This document shows positions 52,734 to 64,000 of a stretch of DNA of 64,000 bases, one piece after another. The notes below the pieces were generated by a model, which was not told where the DNA came from, did no database searches, and saw only the letters and a program-made list of their open reading frames with translations. Every line of letters begins with the position of its first letter. The first letter of the stretch is position 1. The stretch spans positions 66,774,001 to 66,838,000 of the forward strand of contig NC_043005.1 in assembly GCF_006345805.1 (NCBI RefSeq), read 5' to 3'. The translations under genes were made by a program, and so were the position numbers. The DNA is from Octopus sinensis. Taxonomy: Eukaryota.

Positions 52734-52820
52734 AATGATAAGGAGTACAGAGATTTTTCCTATCCATAATCCACTTAACAGTTAGTTGCGGCATATATTT
52801 CGAAACGGTCTAAGGTCAAT

Positions 52821-52900
52821 GATTCTGATGAAACTACACCGAGATGCTAGGCCGCATATCCAACAGTGTGTAGTTACTGAAGTTGAAACACGTGTAGGTA
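52821..52900 (+). ncRNA. Type I hammerhead-like motif with long helix II loop and weak helix I
   Basis: CTGATGA (52825-52831), AACT...AGTT, GAAAC (52885-52889), ACGT, GTA. Helix III is the palindrome ACACGTGT. Helix I (ATT/GGT) is poor. Confidence 0.5.
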
Positions 52901-53145
52901 CGGAAAATATGATGTAAATAATTGTTAAAGAAACCTTATTAATGTTATTAATTACTCAACGGATAATATGCAGTCTTGAACGGGACTCACGTAATTAACC
53001 AGCGAGAAAAGTTAGCAGGGCCTTACAACTCATTTTTAGCGCGAGCACCATATACGGACCGTTGTGGTTAGTCGATATCTGAAACCGACTTGAGAGGAAA
53101 TATGGTAACTATCAGGATAATATATCCCTTTATGGTATACATGTA

Positions 53146-53212
<67 letters not shown>

Positions 53213-53241
53213 ATACACATACATATATATATACATATATA

Positions 53242-53291
<50 letters not shown>

Positions 53292-53911
53292 CATACATGA
53301 ATAAACATATTACTATCATATCCAAACACAGCTTACGAGATAAAAGTGACACACCAAAATGAATATATAAATAAATACAGAAATAAATATAAGCGAAAAT
53401 GAAATAAAAACATGAAAGCAGGCATTCCAAAGTTCTGTTCGCCTGCTTCCAATTCATCTAATGATAGTATTTATAGATATTTCTACTAAGAACCTTATAT
53501 ACGCTGGAGCTTATTGATGCATGCTAGATTGTATTTGTACGGGAATTTCTTATCGATATACATACACACATACATATATGCTTACACACTGACGTACATA
53601 CACACAGAGGAAAACGCACAGACATGTATATGTATGTATATATCATACACTTTCGCCTGGAATATTGTGCCGTTTCTGGGCAACACACTAATCTCTTATA
53701 GTCTCAGACAACCAGACGCCAATAATGCCGATCAGTTTTCCTGCAGAATCCGCTCTTTTCCTTATATCCTTAATATTATATTATTGTATTCCTTGTTTTA
53801 TATATCCCAACATGTACTTTAAGTATTTTTTCCAAAGAATAAGCATGTACACTCATACACAAACACGCACACACACACACACATATGTATGCATATACAT
53901 GTATATGTAAT

Positions 53912-53959
<48 letters not shown>

Positions 53960-53993
53960 TATATATATATGTATATATATATATATATATATT

Positions 53994-54111
53994 GGCCTGC
54001 TCGCTTAGCCAGCGGGGTGGCGTCATTCAAAGGCTAAAACAATGCGAACGCATTGTGACCAGCGATGTGTAACAACGTCTGATGGTCTGGTCGGTCACGT
54101 GATCACGTGAT
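53994..54111 (+). repeat. Short retroposon 3'-end fragment in (TA)n
   Basis: gcttagccagcggggtggcgtc...ggtcggtcacgtgatcacgtgata; both flanks are (TA)n. Confidence 0.5.
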
Positions 54112-54191
54112 ATATATATAAATATATATATATATACTAGGTTCAACATATATGAAAAAATGTATGCACACACACAAACACACACACACAC

Positions 54192-54225
<34 letters not shown>

Positions 54226-57200
54226 GTGTGTGTGTGTGCGTTTGTGTGTGTGTATACATTCTTTCATATATGTTTACCTAGTATATTGGTATATGTATAT
54301 GTAAATACACATGTTTGCGCGTGTATTATTTCTCTATTCCGTTATAGTATAGCACTTTGCTCCTACTTGGACTTACTTCTCTGTCTTTCATTCTTTTCTT
54401 GTGTATATAAGCATGTTATAAGTCCCAGTTTGCACAGTCATTGCAACGGGACGCCTGAGGTAAATATTCAGATGACTTAATCACTACTTAGTTATGTGCA
54501 TGATTATAGCTCAGCAATTATGCAAAATACACCTCAAGTTCTGCGCTTAATGATATGGCGAACAATAATTAATGAAATAACATTAAGTGTCCGCACAAAG
54601 TACCAAATCTCCTATTGGTAACATTTAAGACTAAGACTATATCGATATCCAATCCAAGAATTTAAACCTCCCAATACACACACACACATACACAGATACA
54701 GACAGACAGACAGACACACACACACACAGATATATATGTCAGTAAATATGCTTGATATTATATGAATATCTACCACTGTTCCATATAAACACCTCATCTA
54801 TTGGATGTCCCTATATTGCTGTTTACATGTTTAGTAGAGGAAAATGGACATAGCTCCCATATCAACTATCAGCAGTGAAAAATGTAAACTTTTCAACATG
54901 ATTATATGAACCATGCCATGATTCAAAAGAAACCCGGAGAGATTTGGAATGAGAAATTTGTCAGAATTTTCACGAAGTTGGAGGGAAAAAAATAAACTTC
55001 AGCAGAAAACATACGATTAATAAAATAACGAAATATAATGAAAAGTAGCAATTCTTTTGTTTGATGACAGTCAGTAGAAAACATTTCTAAAATGGATTTG
55101 AATTTGAAGAATGGCAGATTTAATTCTTTTGATAAAAAAATTAAAATTGGAGATATTTCTTGTATTCTAAACATTATACGTATGTATTTCTCAACTCTAC
55201 TAATAGTTTTATTCATCATGCAGCAAATATTTTTCAGCAAAAGTAGCAATTCACTGATGCAAAATATGACTACATGAAATAAAAGTAAACCAAATTGTAA
55301 ACAGCAAAAAATATTTAATAATTGGATTCAGCATGATTAGAAATCATTTTCCTTCTAGTGGGATAATGTGAAAATGAATTTTACATGGGCGTGTGTGTGT
55401 AGTGCCAGAATATGTTAATAGGAATGCGCTCTCTCCACGGATATACACATAAATGCATACACATTTATATACAAATACATATGTATGTATATGCATATAT
55501 ACATATAGATCTGCATACCTGTATATGTATATTTGCATACATGCATGCACACACACACACATACACACACACACACACACAAATAAACAAACAAACAAAT
55601 GAACGCAAACACATATTTAAACGTACAGGCACACCTTTTGAAACAAACTTCGTTCTTGATTTATTGTTAAACCTGTTAACCAAAATTAGGTTTTGAGGAA
55701 GCTACTATATTATTATTTTTTTATTAAATACTATTTTTTGAATTCATATATTTCTGTTATTAAGAATCATAAATCACTATTTTTACGCTATTTCTTAATA
55801 CTTTGAAAAACCTTACATACTGCTAAGTTTCTGGAGTTTAAAAATCAATAACGTGCTTTTCCTAAAAATTCGAGCAAATATTTTTCGTGTACAATCTGAT
55901 TGGCAAATAAATAAATGAGACTTTAACTCTGATATATAAGCTTTATAACGTTGCTAACATTTTCTGAATCATATTTTAGTGAAGATGCCCATGTACACAT
56001 GCAAGAGTTATAAATGATCAAGTTTTTCCTTGTAAGTACCTTTGAGGAAGACATGTTTCCGGACAATAGAAACCGATACAAGTTATGTTTTCTTGATCAC
56101 CATCTCCTTGACTTTAAAAAAAATACGCCTTTGTTTTTGTCAAATGAAGCCAATATTTTTGTAATTATGTTTCATTACTCCTGACACATGGTAATAGTTT
56201 CTTCTATGTTTAATGAAATATACCGACTGTTATGAGAAGAAATATTTTCCAATGAATATGCGATAAATCGATTATATCACTAAAGAAAACACGAAATACA
56301 ATACATGTACCACCGAAATTAACTTCACGCCCATAACTTTTACTGACAGTAAATAAATTCAAATTTGCGTTGGGTTTAGTATTAGGAAAACAGGAACATT
56401 TTGTAATCAGTTTTTCTGGTTTTCAAGACATTTTGAGTGGAACATATTTCTACGCATAGGGATTTACTATTAATTAGAAACTTATAATTTAGCCAGATAT
56501 GGCTAAATCATATGACTCTCTTCTTGTTTGAAACGCACTCCACAGAGCAACGTAAGTAACTAAGCATCCCTGAATTACTTATATACACTGGTGTCTATCT
56601 TTCAGACGTGTTTTGAAATATTCGCAAATTCAATGATAATCTTTTGGTAAAAGATGACTACTAAATATAGCGATATGAAATGTTTATAAATGCAATGAAG
56701 TACTCTCAGTTTGTTTTAGACACGTGATATTGATAAGGCATAAAATAGCGAAATATCGATGTCTGTCCCTCCTTAATGAGATTTGGAGCGAGTTGTCTCG
56801 CCTGTCTCTGACTGTTTTAGCACCCTGTGGTTTCAGGGAGGTATCCTTCTCGCGCTAAGTCGCAACCTACCGGTGCACAAGCAAAGCACATACATTTGAG
56901 CATTGAGTATTTGTAGTCGAATATACATGTATATGCGCGTGTGTGTGTGTGCGTGTGTGTGTGTGTGTGTTTGTGTGCCTGAGTGGGTGTGGGTACGTAC
57001 ATATGATTGTCTGTGTATAAGTTGTGCGTGCTTTGTTGTTATATGTTTGCCTATATATATTGTAAAATATAGAGGGAACAAAAAACAATTCGAGGCATGA
57101 TGTTTCTTCTATCTGTTATATAATATTATATATTGAGAAAACCATAATCGTGTATTGTTAGTGTATCTTTAGGATATCAGTATCTAAAATAAGTAGTTTA

Positions 57201-59919
57201 TCTTCAGTCCTAATTTATCAAATTATTTTGTCTAAATTGGAACGTGGCGTACGATATAATATCCCAACTTAAAAGTCATTAATATTCATTTATTAAACTC
57301 TAAGATGTTATAGATGTTAAGATCTCAAACTGTACAAGCGACGGAACTTTTTCTTAACATGTAAAATATAACATTTGGTGAATGGTATATACTGCAGTAT
57401 ATTTCCGCTTAAGGTCTAACATAGAGGCTCATCAAAGAGGAATTTAAATTTTACAAATAATACATTAATTTTAATCTTATTCTCCTTTAGAATTTGTGCT
57501 GCTGCACTAATTTAGTCACATAATGTAACCATAAGATCTACACAGAAAAGAAACCTAATTATTAAATACTGCTTATTGAATTACGATTTCAGCATTACAT
57601 CCAAAACATGTTTTTGATAAGCTTCTGAGACATGAAGTAATATTTATTTAATTAGTTTCTGTTAATTTATCCACTTAATATTTCTAGAAAATGTATATTC
57701 AGAGACGTAAAAGGGAAAATAATTGGGTCTCTCAGTTTAGCCCGATTCCGAAATTCCTATATTAATTGCACATCATAACCACAGCCGATACTAAGAATCG
57801 TTTAATGCAAGAACGTCTGATAAAATATATTTTTATTCTATACCATGCATATTTTTGTACAATCGATAGTAAATCCTATAACATTACAAAGCTGCTGTTG
57901 GAATCCCTCAAAAATTAAATTATTGTATGTAATCAAGACATCCGTAACGTAAATATAGTTAAATAATTGTTAACATAGTCAAGGTAATGAGCAAAAATAA
58001 TAGTAGTCCAGTGAGTAATATATTAAACATTACGGTAAACATCGGAGAAAACTCTAGATCTGTTTCGGTTTTACTGAAGCATGGTTTCTTTGTGGTAATT
58101 CATAATTGTCATCGCTAACTTAACCTTTCTACTTGATATTTCAATTGATAGTGAATTCACCCGTTGTCACCTTATTCTTCTGAGGCTTATAAAAGAGAAA
58201 CAAAATGGCTATTCTGATTTTCTATCCTCATTTCGTGTATATGAAAATCTAGCAATTAAGAATACTCCAAATCACTGGTAATGTTCTAGATTTGACGTTA
58301 TCCAATTTTCATATATTTTTCATCATGCTTACTCATCTTTTTGCCAAATTAATCTAATATATTGATGGCAAGTGTGTGACTTAATACGCTTAAATAATAC
58401 TCCCTAACATCTGTATTATTAATGTTTCCATAAATGCATCAAACAATATTATAATACATCTCTAAGCAAATCGGAATCTGATTCTGCTTACTTGTATATA
58501 ATTTACTTTCATAATTAATTATAAAATTTACGGAAATAATTTATTTGAATGATAATATAGGACAGGCGCTGAAGCATCGATTATATTGCTCTGCTTAAAA
58601 CTGTGGATTCTCAGTCGGTTTCAGCGATGATTATTAGGATATCTGATCAACTGAGCAAACAAGACGTTAAAGTAGCGTGGAAGAGGCTGGGCATTCCGTA
58701 AACAGGTATACTTTTAACCTATCAGTCAAACGGAATCAAAATGGGACATTGCGTGACAAGTTTACAGACCTTTCAAATTACAGGTCTAATTCAAACAAAA
58801 TTCTACAATTTCTGACAAGACAATTTCATTCGAAATATTTCGAATTACACGAGGTTCTGATAAAAGTCGATTACATTTGATGCTATGTTGTGCGATTGGA
58901 CTAATGAATTGGTGAATGCACTTAAAATATTGGAATGAAACTACATAGTTTTAAATTACTACTAAAGTTTCTTGATATAGTTATATATATAAATAAGCAA
59001 AGAGACACAAAGAAATACTTATTTAGAAATATAAATAGATATATAGATAGAAATTCAGAGAGACAGGCATAGATATAGTTAAACAAAAAGAGATAGAAAG
59101 TCACCTGGACGTTGATAGCCTTCCAAACTTATATGTTAAAAAAATATTATAAAGGTATAGAAACAAATATAGAGTTATTACAAACAGATATTTAAGGTCC
59201 CATCAGAGAGGGCGATAGAAGATGGCAAATTAAACACAAATCCATAGTGAACTGATATATGTAAACATATTGCATACATACAGAGAAATTGAATCCGTAG
59301 ATAAACAGATGTAGAACGTAATGAGGACTTCATTGTGTTATTGTTTATCTTCACCTTGTTTCAGTCATTGGATTGTGTTTATGCTGGATCATCGCTTTGA
59401 AGGTTTTAGTGGAAGCGGTAACTATTAGTAGTTATTTCTTTTAGCTTGGTACATAGTCTATAGATGTCTCTGGCGAATCACGAAGCTGCTACGACGGAAA
59501 GCGCCAGCATCGGTTAAGCTGTACATATTTGAAGTGTTAGGGAAAGTATCAACACATACCAGAAACTATTTCTTAGAGTCTGTAAGTGAGTATAACGCTA
59601 TCTGGTAAACGTTGCTCCTAACGAAATACGTGATTGTTAATATGTTAAACAATTTCAACAAATGAAGGCCAAATAACTAGATATCACCTCTGAAAGAGAT
59701 CGCTGGTCAATTGAAAACAAATCTTAATGTATAAGGATACATACTAACGTAGAAACACACACACACACATGCACCAGACACGAACCAAATATGGTGGAGT
59801 ATGAGTGTTCTTCAACGTTTTTTGTTTACAACCCAGGATAATGAAAATTATACCCATACGATTAGTTTGGAAAACAAGAGAGGTACATATGTCTGTGTAT
59901 ATATGTATATGTACAAGTG

Positions 59920-59934
59920 TATCTATCTATCTTC

Positions 59935-60030
<96 letters not shown>

Positions 60031-60066
60031 ATCTATCTATCTATCTATCTACCTATCTATCTATCC

Positions 60067-60103
<37 letters not shown>

Positions 60104-60119
60104 ACCATCTATCTATCTA

Positions 60120-60190
<71 letters not shown>
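59920..60190. repeat. Compound (TCTA)n/(TA)n microsatellite
   Basis: Read directly. Confidence 0.95.
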
Positions 60191-60191
<1 letters not shown>

Positions 60192-61366
60192 GAATTCAAA
60201 CAAATGGAGGAATAGGTAAATTGAAGTCGAAAATTCACAGGGTAAATAAGAGAATTAATTAGAATCTGCTTACATTTTATAATATTAAAGTACACTTTAC
60301 TGAGTTCACATTAAAGTTAACAATTAAAAAAAAAGAGGGAAATGAATAAACATAATGATATTTGTTTACATAAAAGTGTCATTAATAATTATCGTTTATT
60401 AATATTTCGAAGAACTAAGGTTCAACATAGCGGTAGATGTAATCGACTAGTTCCCTTCCCCCAAATTCCAGGCTTTGTCCCTATAGTAAAAAAGATATTT
60501 CAATCGAAGAATTATGTTGTTAATGAATGCTAGTACCTCACCACCAACACATTGAACATGTTTAAAAATATCCCTTGTTTTTTTTAACAAATTGTGTAGT
60601 AAGATAACAAGGTGTGGAGTAAATAAAGAAGAAGATAGATGCTACACGAATTGTGATTTCAAGAACAACCCCAAACAGGTATTCTACAATATTGTAATTT
60701 ATAGGAAAATGAGAATCGTGTAGTACTGATGATTGTTATAGCCTTTTTAGCAGTGCAGCGTCTTGTAATTTCTATGATGAACGAACTCTCCATATTAATT
60801 CTTGTTTGGTCAAGATTATTGTCTGAAAATTCATAGAGTGGGAAGGCAGGGATTTGGGAAATTTAGTTTTACCGGATGTGTACACATGGTCACACATTAG
60901 AATTTATCTTGTTTCGCGATCAAATATTTGTTGACAGTGAATATTTACTCGCACTCTTAAAGTGAGTTTAGTTTTCCCAATGCAGTCCATTGAATATGAT
61001 GGTATGAATTAACAGCATTATATTTGGATGCAATAATAAACAATAATTATATGTAACACCTTTATGTAAAAAAGCATTATCACTTATTCATATCTCGCCT
61101 TTCAAACTGACATATGGTATATTCAACCGTGGAAAAAAAATATGCGACAATTTCCTGCGACTGCCACGTCAACCAATCAAGTTGTACATTAACGGATAGC
61201 ATCTATTCTTATAACAACGGCTGAAATTGATATAATCCGTGACACAACTACATCCACGTACTATACACCTTTGAAAATTTAATGTGAAACCGGTAAAGTG
61301 TTTTCTTGTATTTTCAAATAAAATTAACTCTTGTGATTAATTCTAATATATTTTCATTGCTTTTTG

Positions 61367-61451
<85 letters not shown>

Positions 61452-61454
<3 letters not shown>

Positions 61455-61778
61455 GCCGCGTGGCTTAGTGATTACGGCATTCGGCTCACGATTGTAAGGT
61501 CGAGAGTTCAATTCCCGGCGACGCGTTGTGTCCTTGAGCAAGACACTTTATTTCAAATTGGTTCAGTCCACTCAGCTGGCAAAAATGAGTTGTACCTGTA
61601 TTTCAAAGGGCCAGCCGTGCCACACTCAGTGTCACGCTGAATCTCCCTGAGAACTATGTTAGGGGTATACGTGTCTGTGAATTGCTCAGTCACTTGCACT
61701 TTAATTTCACGAGCAAGCCGTTCCAGTTATCGTATCAGCTGGAACCCTCGTCGTCGTAACCGACGCAGTGCCCGCCCT
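61452..61778 (+). mobile_element. tRNA-derived CORE-like SINE (family B)
   Basis: gtggcttagtg...gagttcaattcc...tgtgtccttgagcaagacacttt...gaaccctcgtcgtcgtaaccgac. Confidence 0.85.
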
Positions 61779-61837
<59 letters not shown>

Positions 61838-63590
61838 GAGAGAGAGATAGAGAGAGAGAGAGAAAGAGAGAGAGAGAAAGAGAGAGAGAGCAAGAGAGAA
61901 TTGGGAACTCAATATGAGTGCACATAATATCAATCGTCTATGTTAAAAAGTGTATGAATTTACGATTACGTTGCGTGATTGCATTTGTAAAACTGATACA
62001 GTATGTATCCATCTACGCATGTGTAGTAACCAAAATAGTATTTCAATGAATATATTAATTAGCATATATTCTGGAGAGAGAAGTCTTTGATCTGAACACT
62101 ATTTAGTGATAAGAGAAAATATTCAAATATCTGACGTCAAACACTTGCTTGTGATACCTCTAAAGACTGTCAGATTAAATTGTTCTGATGAAAAAAAGTG
62201 ATAGCGTTCTCGGAATATACAATTCCCTTATGATACATCACTTAAATTAACTGATCAGCGATACATCTCCAGAATTGCATCAGAAAACATTCAAAATGCT
62301 TATAAATTACAATCAAACTTTCATGAATAACTTAAAGCAAGAAATAGGAACGACTCATCGACAAATTTCGATGCATTTAAGGTAATATGGCATTGTATAT
62401 TAAAGCGGCCTGAAATTATTATAGTAATGGAGATTGGCTGCATTGTTTCAAAATGTGGAAATGTTAGAAACATTACGGTACTGGTATTTAGTCCCGACTT
62501 CTGAAGTTCCTAGCTCACATTTTGCCGTGATCAGTTTTATTTTTTACTCTACTGGAGTATTTGCTACTGATTCAGTCATGCGTTTCTTCCGCTTCCTAAA
62601 ATTCCGATCTCCTACGTATGTTTTAAACTAATATTTATCAATGATATAAGCAATAGTGTCGAACTGAATGAAGCCTAGTATTACTCGTTTCAAAACTAAA
62701 GTCTGCTCTGACTTTATTGCCTTTGAAAGGAGGGTAGAGAATGTGTCTGACACTTTACACGGCTCTTGAGAAAGGGAGTAATTCATCCTCATAAACGAAA
62801 TCCCTGTCCCAATGCTTCCGGTGAATGCGGCGGAGCTAAATTCTTACCAAACGCAAAGTATACATGACCAAACCGTATTTTGTTCAATATTATTTACCTG
62901 GGTGTAGAATAACCATTGTATTGAAGTCTTCCTTAAAAGAAACAGAAATTCGGAGGAAATTTTAAAGATATTTATAAAAAGGTTAAGTGAGTACAGAGAG
63001 GGATTCTTGTGGTGATGGATCCATTTTATTCCAATTGTTTGTTCACAACTGTGGTTGATTGTGAAATGAATGTGATGGTCGTTACTTCATTCTTAGGTTC
63101 ATTAATTCATATATCTAAATATTTTATCGTTTCAACGGTTCAATAAACAATCTATTAAGAAAATAAAATTTAAATCAATTTTTATAATTGAAGCCGAAGA
63201 AAGGTAAAAAAAAAATGAATGATTCAAATAACGTACAGTGCTTCATAGTGATTTTTGAAATTGTGAATTGCGAATATAATGATGCTCAAACAGTTAACAA
63301 AACACTAATTATTAATATTTAATGAAGCGGTTTCGCAGCGTGCGTTGTATCATAGCTTGAAGTACCTAGCAATAAATGTTTCTCATATTTGCACGGAATG
63401 GTAACAAAAGATACTAGGCAAGATCTCTTCTCTAATACAGAAACAGTGTCTATTAGATGCATAACATACACGTACAAGTAGGTTTATGACATAAACCGAT
63501 CTGCACTTGCATAAACTAACTTGGTACGTGTTTTACTACGAATATATTACTTTGCGAAGTAATGGTACTTTATATAATCCTTTCTAATAT

Positions 63591-63971
63591 AGGCACAAAG
63601 CCTGAAATTTTTGGACAGGTGGTCAGTCGATTACATCGACCCCAGTAAACATCTGGTACTTAATTTATCAACCCCGAAAGGAAGAAAGGCAAAGTCGACC
63701 ACGGCGGAATTTGAACTCAGAAGACAGATGAAACACCTATTTCTTTACTACCCACAAGGGGCTAAACACAGAGGATATAAACAAGGACAGACAAAGGGAT
63801 TAAGTTTATTACATCGATCCCAGTGCGTAACTGGTACTTTATTTATCGACTCCGAAAGGATGAAAGGCAAGATCGACCTCGATCTTTGAGTTTGAACTCA
63901 GAACGTAGCAGCAGACGAAATACGCTAAGCATTTCACCTGGCGTGCTAACGTTTCTGCCAGATCGCAGCCT
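63591..63971 (-). mobile_element. Dimeric SINE family A
   Basis: Same two-monomer layout and junction (~63730). Confidence 0.88.
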
Positions 63972-64000
63972 TTTGAACTTTATATAATGATACTTTATAT

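Noticed and set aside
58590-58700. RISDQLSKQDVKVAWKRLGIP resembles a death-fold helix
   Set aside because: Only ~37 codons between stops, with no supporting exons.
60830-60895. YTSGKTKFPK resembles the AMP-binding motif
   Set aside because: Short frame closed by stops, with no flanking domain or clear splice sites.

Overview
AT-rich, microsatellite-saturated eukaryotic DNA. The tRNA-derived SINE families and the (TA)n/(TAA)n/(CATA)n load match what I recognise as Octopus (coleoid cephalopod); this is an inference. Only one credible protein-coding gene is present: a single-coding-exon ORF on the minus strand (ATG 35401 to TGA 34052, 449 aa). It encodes an aerolysin-fold (ETX/MTX2, LIN-24-like) pore-forming-protein domain with no signal peptide and a long disordered tail ending in a PDZ-type motif. 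A strong splice acceptor lies upstream at 35527, so the 5' exon(s) are elsewhere. The rest is mobile DNA: over 20 tRNA-derived SINEs (including a dimeric subfamily), five R4/Dong-like LINE relics, a young CR1 3' end, a Penelope-like relic, a near-full-length Tc1, a mariner fragment and MITE, and a Helitron-like element. The most unusual feature is at 36095-36720. It is a 362-bp, heavily self-complementary unit carrying a minimal type I hammerhead ribozyme with a compensatory U3-A8 core pair. It is arranged as a tandem direct repeat plus an inverted arm between (TA)n tracts, which resembles a retrozyme or Penelope pLTR. It sits in the sense orientation in the presumed intron, about 0.8 kb upstream of the toxin-like exon. 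Three further unrelated hammerhead-like motifs occur at 329-366, 4054-4088 and 52821-52900. Almost all other ORFs in the supplied track are microsatellite artefacts. All repeat boundaries were placed by eye and are approximate unless stated.
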